Shown one piece after another: positions 54,273-63,968 of a DNA stretch of 64,000 nucleotides. The notes beneath the pieces are model-generated. The model did no database searches and was not told the origin of the DNA. It worked only from the letters and a program-made list of their open reading frames with translations. The stretch's first letter is position 1; the number at the start of each line of letters is the position of its first letter. The position numbers and the translations under genes are program-made. The DNA is from an uncultured bacterium (GTDB lineage: Bacteria; Patescibacteriota; Patescibacteriia; Patescibacteriales; UBA12465). The DNA is taken from assembly GCA_938003925.1 (NCBI GenBank), contig CALKWQ010000047.1, forward strand, positions 1,048 through 65,047. Reading direction: 5' to 3'.

Positions 54273-55391
54273 TTAATCGGCGGTTAACAACAATTGCCGC
54301 TGCCAGCGTAAATAAGCGGCCACAAAATCATCTAGATGGCCATCCATCACCGCGTCAACATTGGTATCTTCATGGCCACTGCGATGGTCTTTAACTAAAC
54401 GGTTACCATAAAACCAATAAGAACGGACTTGTTGACCCCATTCCGCCTTCACTACCCCGCCCTTCAAACGGCGCTCTTCTTCGTCCTTCTTTTGTAGCTC
54501 CATTTGTGCCAAACGAGCCCGCAAAATAGCAAAAGCATTTTCCCGGTTTTGATGCTGCGAACGTTCACTCTGACAACTAATGGTAATGCCAGTAGGCAAA
54601 TGTACTAAACGCACAGCGGAATCTGTAGTATTAACGCTCTGTCCCCCGGGACCACTGGAACGGAAGACATCTAAACGTACGTCCTCATCCTTAATCACTA
54701 TATCAGTGGCGGGCATATCTGGAATTACCTCCACGGAAGCAAAAGAGGTCTGTCTTAAACCGTCAGCGTTAAAGGGAGAATTACGTAATAAACGATGGGT
54801 ACCGTTTTCACTCTTTAAGCTACCATAAGAGCGCTGACCACTAATTTTCAACATCACACTTTTTAACCCAGCTTCATTGCCACTAAGCCTATCTAAAATC
54901 TCTACGCGCCAACCTTGACGTTCTGCAAAGCGCAGATACATCCTTTCCAACATCTGCGTCCAATCCTGAGCATCCACGCCACCAGTACCGGCATTAATGC
55001 TGAGTAAGGCATCTCGATCATCATAGGTTCCGGTATAAAGAGAGGCGGTCTCCAAACGATCTAATTCCTTTGACCAAACAGACGCTTTAGCCGCTAAATC
55101 TTGAGTTAAAGCAACATCTGCTTCAGCGGTAGCTAAAACGCTCAACTCCTTGGCTTCCGTTAACGCTTGAGCGAGCTCTAACCATTGTCGATAATCCTTC
55201 TGCAAGGTTTCTGCTCGCCGACTAATCATGACCGCTCTCTCCTGATCTTGCCAAAAATCAGACGCCTCCATCTGCAAACGCAACTGGTCCGCCTCTATTC
55301 TTAGCTGATCTATATGCAGAGACCGTGCTAAAGTTTGGTAGCGATAGTCTAAATCACTTAAATATTTATCTAGGTTATCAATAATATCCAT
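54273..55391 (-). CDS. prfB: Peptide chain release factor 2 (uninterrupted ORF, no programmed frameshift)
   Basis: The SPF tripeptide (RNSPFNA) and the GGQ motif (SGPGGQSVNTTDSAVR). Confidence 0.95.
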   Translation of the reverse strand: MDIIDNLDKYLSDLDYRYQTLARSLHIDQLRIEADQLRLQMEASDFWQDQERAVMISRRAETLQKDYRQWLELAQALTEAKELSVLATAEADVALTQDLAAKASVWSKELDRLETASLYTGTYDDRDALLSINAGTGGVDAQDWTQMLERMYLRFAERQGWRVEILDRLSGNEAGLKSVMLKISGQRSYGSLKSENGTHRLLRNSPFNADGLRQTSFASVEVIPDMPATDIVIKDEDVRLDVFRSSGPGGQSVNTTDSAVRLVHLPTGITISCQSERSQHQNRENAFAILRARLAQMELQKKDEEERRLKGGVVKAEWGQQVRSYWFYGNRLVKDHRSGHEDTNVDAVMDGHLDDFVAAYLRWQRQLLLTAD

Positions 55392-55488
55392 ATTATTTAT
55401 GTTACTATAAAAGCCTGATTATTACAAAAACGCCCGCGACCGCAAAAGCGGTAACACGGACGTCTGAAGCGTAAAAAATTTATAGTAA

Positions 55489-55971
55489 TTAGCGCTTGCT
55501 CCACTGCGGTCTCTTTCTCGCACCCTTGAAACCTGGCTTCTTTCTCTCTTTCTTTCTTGGGTCGCGAGTCAAAAATTTGTTTACTTTCAAAGCTTCCTTT
55601 AATAAAGGATCCAACATCATTAAAGCCCTAGAAATACCATGACGACAAGCTTCAATTTGACCAGTAACCCCACCGCCTTTAACGATAATGGAGAAATTTA
55701 AATCACGGACATGACCAGTGGCTTTCAAAGACTGAGTAACAATATTAAAACCTTCACCGACAAAATATTGTGAGCCCTTCTTGCCGTTAATCATAATAGC
55801 GCCCTTGCCATCTTTATACATGCGCACCTGAGCTACTGAAGTCTTACGACGTCCCACCGTCTTAATATATTCACCAGTAAATTCAACCGTTTCCGTTACC
55901 GGCGCCTCTTTGGCCACCTCTACGGCTTCAACCGGTTTCTTTTCTTTAACAGTTTTTTGTTTCGTTTCCAT
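55489..55971 (-). CDS. rpsI: 30S ribosomal protein S9 with an N-terminal extension
   Basis: GRRKTSVAQVRM...ends KRPQWSKR. Confidence 0.95.
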   Translation of the reverse strand: METKQKTVKEKKPVEAVEVAKEAPVTETVEFTGEYIKTVGRRKTSVAQVRMYKDGKGAIMINGKKGSQYFVGEGFNIVTQSLKATGHVRDLNFSIIVKGGGVTGQIEACRHGISRALMMLDPLLKEALKVNKFLTRDPRKKERKKPGFKGARKRPQWSKR

Positions 55972-55983
55972 AAAACAATGAAA

Positions 55984-56340
55984 TTATCTAATAATTAAGC
56001 GCTTCATCTGCGCGTCACGCAGCTTGGTCGGAGGTAACATCTGCTTCACGGCTCGGCGCAAAACTTCGCCTGGATCATTACTAAACACTTCTGACATTCT
56101 CTTGGTTTTTAAGCCGCTGAGGTAACCAGAAAAACTGAAATATTTTTTCTGTAACAGTTTTTTGCCACTAAAAGACATTTGGCCGGCATTTATTACTTCA
56201 ACGATATCGCCGCCATCAACATGAGGCTGAAACTCGGGTTTATTCTTACCCCGCAAAATCATAGCGATCTGGCTGGCTAAGCGACCGACTGCCTGGTCAG
56301 TAGCATCAAGCTTATGGATTGTTCTTTCTATTTTAATCAT
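55984..56340 (-). CDS. rplM: 50S ribosomal protein L13
   Basis: DATDQAVGRLASQIAMILRGKNKPEFQPHVDGGD. Start taken at MIKIERT; the track ORF is extended into rplQ. Confidence 0.9.
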   Translation of the reverse strand: MIKIERTIHKLDATDQAVGRLASQIAMILRGKNKPEFQPHVDGGDIVEVINAGQMSFSGKKLLQKKYFSFSGYLSGLKTKRMSEVFSNDPGEVLRRAVKQMLPPTKLRDAQMKRLIIR

Positions 56341-56359
56341 ATAATGGATAACACGTAAA

Positions 56360-56710
56360 TTAAACGAGTTCAATCTGCACCATTTCAGCGCCATCACCCT
56401 TGCGCGGACCCAACTTAGTCATACGAGTATAGCCGCCATTGCGGTCCTGATAACGTTTTCCTAAAACTTCCATCGCTTTCTTAATGGCATTTTTCTGGAG
56501 CAAAACCTTAATTAAACCACGGCGGGCAGTCAAATCACCAGCCTTAGCAGCGGTAATCAACCTCTCCACCAAAGGACGAACTGCCTGGGCTTTAGCCTTG
56601 GTTGTTTTTACTTTTTCATAAATCAAGATGCTGGAAGCCATGTTACGAAGCATGAGCTCGCGTGGTCCCTTTTCTCGGTCTAAAATTTTATTCGCGTTTT
56701 TATGGCGCAT
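56360..56710 (-). CDS. rplQ: 50S ribosomal protein L17
   Basis: MRHKNANKILDREKGPRELMLRNMASSILIYEKVKTT. Confidence 0.95.
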   Translation of the reverse strand: MRHKNANKILDREKGPRELMLRNMASSILIYEKVKTTKAKAQAVRPLVERLITAAKAGDLTARRGLIKVLLQKNAIKKAMEVLGKRYQDRNGGYTRMTKLGPRKGDGAEMVQIELV

Positions 56711-56737
56711 ATATTAAGAGTTATAATGAGGAAGCGC

Positions 56738-57544
56738 TTATTTCTTGCTTTTCTTTTTCGCCGATTTTTCCGTCTCCACAACGGCGGCAACCGCTTCTTC
56801 TTCAGTATGTAAATCTGCAGCTTCTTCCTCTACTTCCAGAATCGGGGCAGATTCGTGAGTTTGAGGTAAAAGTGCGCTAAACTGATCAACTAAAATCTGA
56901 GTAGCCTGCTGGAAGGCTTCCACTGGGCTTAAGGTGCCATCCGTCTTTAAAGTGATCAGCAATTTATCCCAGTTGGTCATCTTACCGACACGAGTATTTT
57001 CCACATCTAGACTAACAGATAAAACTGGTGAAAAAATAGAATCGATTTCAATATAACCTAATTCGTTGTTTTCCCGTTTAGCACCTTCACTTAAACGATA
57101 ACCGCGGCCAGGACGAACAACAATTTCTACTTCCAGATTAGCTTTGTCCTCGGTAAGGGTAGCTAAAACTAAATCTTGGTTCTTAATTTCCACTTCGCTA
57201 TTTTTAGAAATATTGGCAGCAGTAACTACTTGTTTGCCTTTAGCCTTAAGTTCCAAGCGTACTTCTTCATCACCATAAACTTTCAAACGCAGTTGCTTGA
57301 TATTCAAAATAACTTCCAATACATCCTCCTGAACACCAGGTAGGGTCATAAATTCATGGCTAGCACCCTTAATCTTCACGCCGACAACAGCTGCCCCCGG
57401 CAAAGAAGATAATAAGACGCGGCGCAAAGAATTACCCAAAGTCATACCGTAGCCGGGATACAAAGGTTCCACTACGATTACGCCTTCGTTGTCATTCTTT
57501 CCTGCCAGGAAATCTACTTTTTTTGGCAAAGCGATATTTTCCAT
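56738..57544 (-). CDS. rpoA: RNA polymerase alpha subunit, N-terminal domain only (268 aa; no recognisable alpha-CTD)
   Basis: The NTD pattern is VEPLYPGYGMTLGNSLRRVLLSSLPGAAV...IEIDSIFSPV. After ~residue 230 only an acidic low-complexity tail ending KKKSKK remains. Confidence 0.9.
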   Translation of the reverse strand: MENIALPKKVDFLAGKNDNEGVIVVEPLYPGYGMTLGNSLRRVLLSSLPGAAVVGVKIKGASHEFMTLPGVQEDVLEVILNIKQLRLKVYGDEEVRLELKAKGKQVVTAANISKNSEVEIKNQDLVLATLTEDKANLEVEIVVRPGRGYRLSEGAKRENNELGYIEIDSIFSPVLSVSLDVENTRVGKMTNWDKLLITLKTDGTLSPVEAFQQATQILVDQFSALLPQTHESAPILEVEEEAADLHTEEEAVAAVVETEKSAKKKSKK

Positions 57545-57626
57545 AGAAACATATGCCCTCAACGCGCAGTTTTACACTTAAATCTGCTAACAGATCTAAG
57601 GCCTCCTCAGCGCGCTAAACGACAGA

Positions 57627-58259
57627 TTATTTTGAATAATACTCAATGATCATTTGCACGTTCAGGTTAGTTGGTAAATCGGTATCAGCTGGTTCGTGCA
57701 AAACCTTAGCCTTCATGTCAGCAGCCTGTAAATTTAACCAAGCTGGCAATTCAGCTTTCTTTAACTTCTCAGCCGTCTGTTTGAAATAAGGATTTTTACG
57801 GCTGCGGGCGCGTACAGCAATCTCCTGACCTGGCTTAACAATAAAGGAAGCGATATCGGTCTTCACACCATTAACATCAAAATGACCGTGGTTTACCAAT
57901 TGACGAGCCTGATTGCGGGAAGAGGCAAAACCGAGACGGAAGACAACATTGTCTAAACGCATCTCTAAGAGGCGCAAGAAATTCTTACCAGAGTCACCAG
58001 TCTTCTTAGCGGCCTTCTCAAAAGTCAGACGAAACTGCTTTTCCATGACGTTATAATATTTCTTAGCCTTCTGCTTTTCCATTAATTGAGTGCCGTAATC
58101 GCTGGCTTTACGACGACCACGAGTAGGACCATGAAAACCCGGAGGATAATTACGCTTAACCATCGCACACTTTGGTGTATTACAACGCTCGCCCTTTAAG
58201 AATAATTTCTCACCGACGCGGCGACACTGTTGGCATTTGCTGTCTAAATTTCTTCCCAT
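57627..58259 (-). CDS. rpsD: 30S ribosomal protein S4
   Basis: CxxC...C zinc-type N-terminus, RLDNVVFRLGFASSRNQARQLVNHGH (S4 domain). Confidence 0.95.
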   Translation of the reverse strand: MGRNLDSKCQQCRRVGEKLFLKGERCNTPKCAMVKRNYPPGFHGPTRGRRKASDYGTQLMEKQKAKKYYNVMEKQFRLTFEKAAKKTGDSGKNFLRLLEMRLDNVVFRLGFASSRNQARQLVNHGHFDVNGVKTDIASFIVKPGQEIAVRARSRKNPYFKQTAEKLKKAELPAWLNLQAADMKAKVLHEPADTDLPTNLNVQMIIEYYSK

Positions 58260-58290
58260 ATTAGTTATTGATATAGATCCTTATTATTAA

Positions 58291-58890
58291 TTACACTCTT
58301 CTCGGCTTTTTCGGACGGCAGCCGTTATGAGGTACTGGGGTGGTGTCCTTGATAGAGGATACCTCCAAACCGTTAGCATTTAAGGCGCGAATAGCTGCCT
58401 CTCTGCCCGTGCCGACACCAGAAACAAACACACTCACTTCCTGTAAGCCGTACTCTTCCTTGGCTTTCTGAGCAGCAATCTTGGTAATAATTTGAGCAGC
58501 GTAAGGAGTTGCCTTCTTAGCACCCTTGAAACCAGCCATACCAGCGCTAGCCCAAGCAATCACGTCACCGTTAGCGTCAGCTAAAGTAACCATGGTGTTA
58601 TTATAAGTAGCATTAATGTAGGCGCGACCAACTTTAACAGTACGAGCAGCGCGCTTCTTGCGCTTCTTAACCAATTTTTTCTTAGCTCTGGCCTGCTTGT
58701 TCTTCTCTAATTTTTGTTTAATTTCTTCCGGTAATTCTTCGTCAGCGGAGGAATCAAGAGAAAAAGGAACGTCATCGCGTTCTTCGTCGACCTCCTCTGC
58801 GGAAGCCACTTTGACCGTCGCATCAGCAGCGGGGGCAACCACTAACTGCTCTTGGTCTTCTTCGGTATTTAATTTCTTTTCATCGGACAT
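58291..58890 (-). CDS. rpsK: 30S ribosomal protein S11 with a ~70-aa acidic/basic N-terminal extension (199 aa)
   Basis: [30 protein letters not shown]...[16 protein letters not shown]. Confidence 0.95.
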   Translation of the reverse strand: MSDEKKLNTEEDQEQLVVAPAADATVKVASAEEVDEERDDVPFSLDSSADEELPEEIKQKLEKNKQARAKKKLVKKRKKRAARTVKVGRAYINATYNNTMVTLADANGDVIAWASAGMAGFKGAKKATPYAAQIITKIAAQKAKEEYGLQEVSVFVSGVGTGREAAIRALNANGLEVSSIKDTTPVPHNGCRPKKPRRV

Positions 58891-58926
58891 AAATGATTGA
58901 TAAATTTATCTAAACAGAAGCTGAGA

Positions 58927-59319
58927 CTAGGTCTTTAAGCCAGCCTTAGCGCGACCACTAGAAGCGGTCATGCGTTTGTTACCTCTGACCGTACGGCTAT
59001 TGGTCTTAGTGCGCTGGCCACGAACCGGCAAATTACGCATATGGCGCAAACCGCGGTAACAGCCAATTTCTTTCAAGCGCTTGATATTGCTCGCAACTTC
59101 ACGACGCAAATCTCCCTCCACCGTGTTTTTCTTTTCAATCTGTTCGCGCAACCGATTAGTTTCTTCTTCTTTTAAATCCTTAACTTTGGTCTCCGGATTG
59201 ATATTGACCTCAGCCAAAATCTTCTGCGCCCGGCTATTGCCGATACCGTAGATATAGGTGAGGGATATGTCCACTCTTTTGTCGTTGGGGATACTTACGC
59301 CCGCGATTCTAATAGCCAT
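58927..59319 (-). CDS. rpsM: 30S ribosomal protein S13
   Basis: [27 protein letters not shown]. Confidence 0.95.
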   Translation of the reverse strand: MAIRIAGVSIPNDKRVDISLTYIYGIGNSRAQKILAEVNINPETKVKDLKEEETNRLREQIEKKNTVEGDLRREVASNIKRLKEIGCYRGLRHMRNLPVRGQRTKTNSRTVRGNKRMTASSGRAKAGLKT

Positions 59320-59364
59320 AAATATAATAATACGGTTCCGCCAAAAGCGGACCCTGATACTTAA

Positions 59365-59478
59365 TTATCCTTGTCTTTGCTTGTGTTTAGGATTTTTACA
59401 AATTACATATACGCGGCCTTTGCGGCGAACAGTCTTGCAATCCTTACAAATTTTCTTGGCACTCGCTCTTACTTTCAT
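59365..59478 (-). CDS. rpmJ: 50S ribosomal protein L36 (37 aa)
   Basis: [37 protein letters not shown]. The track ORF is extended upstream into infA. Confidence 0.95.
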   Translation of the reverse strand: MKVRASAKKICKDCKTVRRKGRVYVICKNPKHKQRQG

Positions 59479-59557
59479 AAAGTCATGAAAAATATAAATA
59501 AAGGGGGTTAAATCCAAATTGATAATGGTTGGCGATTTAAGGTGGGTAAGGCGCCAA

Positions 59558-59815
59558 TTAGAGCCTAAACACAATCCGACCTTTAGTCAGATCGTAAGGG
59601 CTCATTTGTAGGCGCACGCGATCACCCGGTAAGAGACGGATACGGTTCATTCTCATCTTACCAGAAAGATGGGCTAAAATTTCATGGCCGCTATCCAGTT
59701 TTACCCGGAAGGTAGCTGCTGGCATTAGCTCCATCACTTCGCCTTGCATTTCTAAAAAATCTTTGGCGTTCAAAGTTTCTACGCTCTCTTGATTTTTAGT
59801 TTTATTTTTTGACAT
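59558..59815 (-). CDS. infA: Translation initiation factor IF-1 with a short N-terminal extension
   Basis: [63 protein letters not shown]. Confidence 0.95.
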   Translation of the reverse strand: MSKNKTKNQESVETLNAKDFLEMQGEVMELMPAATFRVKLDSGHEILAHLSGKMRMNRIRLLPGDRVRLQMSPYDLTKGRIVFRL

Positions 59816-59906
59816 TAACACAAAAAAATTTGATAAAGACAGACTATAGCCTTATCAAAATTTTTGAAATATTCCTGTTTAATCTTTTTCTATTCTCAAT
59901 GGCAAT

Positions 59907-59935
59907 AGTATATAGACAAGAGTAAAAATTGTCAA
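59907..59935 (-). promoter_or_regulatory. Strong sigma-70-type promoter of the infA-rpmJ-rpsM... operon
   Basis: Minus strand reads TTGACA (59935-59930), a 17-nt spacer, then TATACT (59912-59907). Confidence 0.65.
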
Positions 59936-59958
59936 TACTAGCTATCAGGACCAACCTT

Positions 59959-61773
59959 CTACTCTAATACTGCCTTAATTCTACGCACACCTGAAGAAGA
60001 AGCTTCTTCTTTTTGTATTTTAAACTTACCTAATCCTAGCAAACTATTAACGTGAGGGCCGCCACAGATTTCTCTGGAAAAAATATTGTCCCAAGTGGCT
60101 TGAGTAGAGCCATTATTACGACCAACCGTATAGACTTTAACCCGCTCACCGTACTTAGAATCAAAAACGCCTGTCGCTCCTGTCGCCTTAGCTTCGAGCA
60201 GAGGAATCTCTTCATAAGCGACATCTAAGCCCTGATCAATCGCGCCATTAACTAGAGATTCTATCTGTGATAACTGTTCGGGAGAAACTTTTTCTGGATG
60301 TGAAAAATCAAAACGCAAGCGTTCGGCAGTAATATTACTACCCCTTTGAGCAACATGTTCACCTAATACCTGTCTCAGCGCTGCTAATAATAAATGGGCA
60401 GCGGTATGCAAACGAGTAGTCTCTTCGCTGTGGTCAGATAGACCGCCCTTAAACTTCCCCGCCGAAGCGGTACGTGATAATTCCTGATGTTTCTGTAATT
60501 CAGCTAAAAACCCAGCCCGATCTAATTCTAAGCCGCGCTCACCGGCTAATTCCATACTTAACTCTAAAGGAAAGCCGTAGCTTTGATACAAATTAAAAGC
60601 ATCTACACCACTTATTTTACCCTGCTCAGCTCTAACCTTGTCAAACTCTTTGAGCCCGTTTTCTAAAGTGTGTTGAAATTTTTCCGTTTCTTTTTCCACC
60701 TCAGCTAAAACAAAATCTTGGTTATCTTGGAGTTCGGGATAAATTGATGCATAGATTTTTACCGTCGCGGCGATGAGGCTCAGTATCCAATCATGACCAT
60801 TTTTGACATCCACTCCGATTCTACCAGCCTGCACAATGGCCCGCCTTAACAAGCGACGAACCACATAACCCTGACCAACGTTAGAAGGTGAGACGCCACG
60901 CTGATCACCAATAATAAAAACGGCGGCCTTGACGTGATCGGCGATGATACGCAACGAACGCGTCACAGCTAAATCAGCGCCATAAGTCTGACCAGACAGC
61001 TTCTCTAACTCTACGATTAAAGGACGAAAGAGCTCGGTCTGATAATTATCACAATTATTTAAAACGGCTAACACTCTTTCTAAGCCCAAGCCAGTATCTA
61101 CATTGCGTTGTTCTAATAAACTAAAATTACCCTCAACATCTTTAAAGTATTGCATGAAAACGTTATTCCAAATCTCGACCCAAGAGGCATGATCGTCGTT
61201 AAAGCTAGACGGAACAGACGTCGCATCACCAGACCAATAAAAAATTTCTGTATCGGGACCACAAGGTCCAGTTTGTCCAGCCGGTCCCCACCAGTTATTT
61301 TTCTTTGGCAACTTAGCAATCCTCGCCGCTGGTAAACCCAAAGACAGCCAGAGCTGATAAGATTCTTCATCAAAAGGAGCGTCATCATCACCAGCAAAAA
61401 CTGAAACAGCAATTAAATTAGGGTCTAAATTAAGCCACTGCGCACCAGTTAAAAATTCCCAGCTCCAGGTGATAGCTTCGCGTTTAAAATAATCTCCTAA
61501 AGACCAATTACCCATCATTTCAAAAAAAGTATGATGGGTGGAGTCGCCGACTTCATCAATGTCATCGGTACGCACACATTTTTGAGCGTCAACTAAGCGC
61601 TGGCCAGCTGGATGTTTTTCCCCAAGTAAATAAGGCACTAAGGGATGCATGCCGGCAGTGGTAAATAGTACTGAGGGATCATTTTCCGGCAATAAAGAAG
61701 CGCTGGAAATAATCGCATGCTCTTTGCTCTTAAAAAAATCCAGATATTTTTGACGTAATTCATTAGCTGTCAT
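59959..61773 (-). CDS. alaS: Alanyl-tRNA synthetase, short form (604 aa; catalytic, tRNA-recognition and editing domains, no C-Ala domain)
   Basis: The N-terminus is LRQKYLDFFKSKEHAIISSASLLPENDPSVLFTTAGM...FFEMMGNWS. The editing motifs are HTAAHLL and CGGPHV. The protein ends ~30 aa after the latter. Confidence 0.9.
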   Translation of the reverse strand: MTANELRQKYLDFFKSKEHAIISSASLLPENDPSVLFTTAGMHPLVPYLLGEKHPAGQRLVDAQKCVRTDDIDEVGDSTHHTFFEMMGNWSLGDYFKREAITWSWEFLTGAQWLNLDPNLIAVSVFAGDDDAPFDEESYQLWLSLGLPAARIAKLPKKNNWWGPAGQTGPCGPDTEIFYWSGDATSVPSSFNDDHASWVEIWNNVFMQYFKDVEGNFSLLEQRNVDTGLGLERVLAVLNNCDNYQTELFRPLIVELEKLSGQTYGADLAVTRSLRIIADHVKAAVFIIGDQRGVSPSNVGQGYVVRRLLRRAIVQAGRIGVDVKNGHDWILSLIAATVKIYASIYPELQDNQDFVLAEVEKETEKFQHTLENGLKEFDKVRAEQGKISGVDAFNLYQSYGFPLELSMELAGERGLELDRAGFLAELQKHQELSRTASAGKFKGGLSDHSEETTRLHTAAHLLLAALRQVLGEHVAQRGSNITAERLRFDFSHPEKVSPEQLSQIESLVNGAIDQGLDVAYEEIPLLEAKATGATGVFDSKYGERVKVYTVGRNNGSTQATWDNIFSREICGGPHVNSLLGLGKFKIQKEEASSSGVRRIKAVLE

Positions 61774-61810
61774 AGAAAAACAAAGTTAAAAAAATATTTA
61801 AAGCTGCTCC

Positions 61811-62248
61811 TTATTGTATCAGATTTAAGTCTCCATTCAAGACCACTGGCGCCATTTCGGCTAATTCGTCGGCATAATTACCAGGCGCCGGCGGGTTCAT
61901 TAAAAATAATTTCTTATCTAATACATGAGCAAAGCCTATTTCTAAAAAAGTATTAGCGCCAATATAACCGGACACACCGCGCTTAGTAGCATTAATGACT
62001 AATACGGCCTCTGCTTCTTGAATCAAATCATAGTAGCGTTTAATTAAACTACCAGGCTCTGCTTGACGAAAAGCAATATCGCCATTACTTGCCTTAGTGG
62101 CCATAAAATCATCGTAACTAATTTCTCCGGCCATAATTTTCTGCGTCAGTCGTGGCACCTCAACACTATGACCGGCTTTAGTTAAAAAATCGGCCGCAAC
62201 TATAATCTGAGGGCTAAAGTCAATGCTACCGCAAATAACTATTTTCAT
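61811..62248 (-). CDS. Small Rossmann-like protein, possibly nucleoside 2-deoxyribosyltransferase-like, 145 aa
   Basis: MKIVICGS...AGHSVEVP...EAEAVLVIN...YIGANTFLEIGFA resembles that family's layout. The assignment is weak. Confidence 0.35.
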   Translation of the reverse strand: MKIVICGSIDFSPQIIVAADFLTKAGHSVEVPRLTQKIMAGEISYDDFMATKASNGDIAFRQAEPGSLIKRYYDLIQEAEAVLVINATKRGVSGYIGANTFLEIGFAHVLDKKLFLMNPPAPGNYADELAEMAPVVLNGDLNLIQ

Positions 62249-62253
62249 AACAA

Positions 62254-63276
62254 TTAAACAATATTTACTTCGGGCTCAATTTTAACAGCAAACTTTTTCC
62301 AAACCGCTGCCTGCACGCGATCAACTTGAGCTAAGGCTTGTCGGGCAGTAGCGCCGCCATAATTAACTAAAATCAAAGCCTGCTTTTCATACATACCAAC
62401 TGCTCCAAAGCGTTTACCCTTAAAACCAGCCTGCTCTATCAACCAACCAGCTGGAATTTTTACTAAAGACTTACGAGAAGCAGGAAAAAATTTAATATCT
62501 GGGAAACGAGTTTGTAACTTCTTAAAAGCACTCAAACTAATCTCTGGATTCTTGAAAAAAGAGCCGGCGTTAGCCAGGACAGCCGGATTGGGCAATTTGC
62601 TATCGCGAATCTGCCGAATCGCTTCTGCTAACTCTTGGATACTGGGGTGTTTAATACCCTGTTCAGCTAGTTTAGCCCTAATGTCGCCGTAATCTAGGCG
62701 CAAAATCGGGCGTTTACTAAGCTTAACGGTGACACCGGTGATAAAATAACGTCCTTTATACTTCTTTTTAAATACACTGTCGCGATAGCCAAAAGCGCAG
62801 TCGGCAGCGGTAAAAATCTTTTCTCGACCGGTGTGCAAGTCTATCGCCCGCAGACTAACAAAAGCGTCTTTCAATTCTACTCCATAAGCACCGATATTTT
62901 GTACTGGAGCCGCTCCCACCGTCCCGGGTACATAATAAAGATTTTCAATGCCACCCCAATTTCTTTCTACTGCAAAATAAACGAGAGCGCTCCACCACTC
63001 GCCAGAACGAGCCTCTATCCAAGCCGAGGCATTGGTTTCTTTTACCACCCGCACCCCCTTAAGTTCATTTTTAAGCACCAAAGCTGATAATGGTTTAGTA
63101 ATCAATATATTAGAGCCCCCACCCAACACAAAGAGGGGTAAGTTTTTGCTCCGAGCAAAAGTAATTGCCTCCTGTATTTCTTCTTCCTCCCTAATAACAG
63201 CAAAATAGGCGGCCTTGGCGCCGATTTTTAAGGTAGTATAATTGGCTAAATTAACTTGTCTTTGTATTTTAAGCAT
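62254..63276 (-). CDS. murB: UDP-N-acetylenolpyruvoylglucosamine reductase MurB
   Basis: LANYTTLKIGAKA...LFVLGGGSNIL...AGWLIEQAGFKG. Confidence 0.9.
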   Translation of the reverse strand: MLKIQRQVNLANYTTLKIGAKAAYFAVIREEEEIQEAITFARSKNLPLFVLGGGSNILITKPLSALVLKNELKGVRVVKETNASAWIEARSGEWWSALVYFAVERNWGGIENLYYVPGTVGAAPVQNIGAYGVELKDAFVSLRAIDLHTGREKIFTAADCAFGYRDSVFKKKYKGRYFITGVTVKLSKRPILRLDYGDIRAKLAEQGIKHPSIQELAEAIRQIRDSKLPNPAVLANAGSFFKNPEISLSAFKKLQTRFPDIKFFPASRKSLVKIPAGWLIEQAGFKGKRFGAVGMYEKQALILVNYGGATARQALAQVDRVQAAVWKKFAVKIEPEVNIV

Positions 63277-63314
63277 AAGTTTATTATAACCCTAAATTAC
63301 CTCAAAAGTCTACT

Positions 63315-63346
63315 AAAATAAAAACCCGCCTCTAAAAGAAGCGGGC
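63315..63346 (-). terminator. Terminator after the lipoprotein gene
   Basis: Minus strand reads GCCCGCTTCTTTTAGAGGCGGGTTTTTATTTT. Confidence 0.7.
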
Positions 63347-63353
63347 GCTATGA

Positions 63354-63890
63354 TTAATAACTTTTTATTATCCAGTTTCCATCAAACTGACGAAATTGTA
63401 TCATTCTTTTCTCTGTGTCGCCAGCAGCATGACTCCATAAAGGTAAATCGAATTTGATGGTTTTTACATCATTAACAAATAATGTCTTAGCAACCGCATT
63501 TAATAGTATGTGGTTTGAGTAGCGAAAATCAACTAAAACGCCACCATCAAATGCTCCCGTGCTAAGCGTGAAATTATCTGGATGCCATCCACCCATAATC
63601 TCTCCATAGCTATCAGGCAAAAATCGAGCAAGCAATTCTTCGCCCCGATATACAGATAATGACTGGCAAATTTGACTGTTAAATACGGTGTCCCAAGCAA
63701 CTATGGCAATTATATTATAATTAGCGGCAACAGCAATGATAGAATCCAAGCAACCATTTTTATAAATTACATTATTTGGAGCGTGCTCTAGATTAATTGA
63801 CTGCATGCCGGCAGAAAGTTCTTCTTTCTGACACGACGTAAAAAAAGACGTAAAAATAACAAACACTAAAAGAACAAAATAGTTTTTCAT
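63354..63890 (-). CDS. Putative lipoprotein, 178 aa
   Basis: Signal peptide MKNYFVLLVFVIFTSFFTSC with a lipobox-like FTSC. The gene is AT-rich compared with the adjacent murB. No family recognised. Confidence 0.55.
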   Translation of the reverse strand: MKNYFVLLVFVIFTSFFTSCQKEELSAGMQSINLEHAPNNVIYKNGCLDSIIAVAANYNIIAIVAWDTVFNSQICQSLSVYRGEELLARFLPDSYGEIMGGWHPDNFTLSTGAFDGGVLVDFRYSNHILLNAVAKTLFVNDVKTIKFDLPLWSHAAGDTEKRMIQFRQFDGNWIIKSY

Positions 63891-63919
63891 GATAAAATAG
63901 TTTAAAGAGTTAAAAAATT

Positions 63920-63968
63920 AGGTTAAAAATCCTGTTTTCTAAAATATAGAAAACAAAATTTTTAACCT
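63920..63968. promoter_or_regulatory. Nested 49-bp palindrome upstream of the lipoprotein gene (terminator of the next upstream gene or an operator)
   Basis: AGGTTAAAAAT-cct-GTTTTCT-aaaatat-AGAAAAC-aaa-ATTTTTAACCT. Confidence 0.4.

Noticed and set aside
54273-55391. Programmed +1 frameshift site in prfB
   Set aside because: RF2 is encoded as one uninterrupted 372-aa ORF from its ATG. No in-frame UGA or CUU-UGA-C motif is seen near codon ~25.
40302-59574. N-terminal extensions of L14, L3, L13, RpoA, L18, L16, L36, IF-1 and L28 as given by the maximal ORFs
   Set aside because: The extensions overlap the preceding gene or cover hairpins. The conserved protein N-termini begin at internal ATGs, for example MIQVQTRLK for L14 and MKVRASAKK for L36. 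Coordinates were trimmed accordingly.
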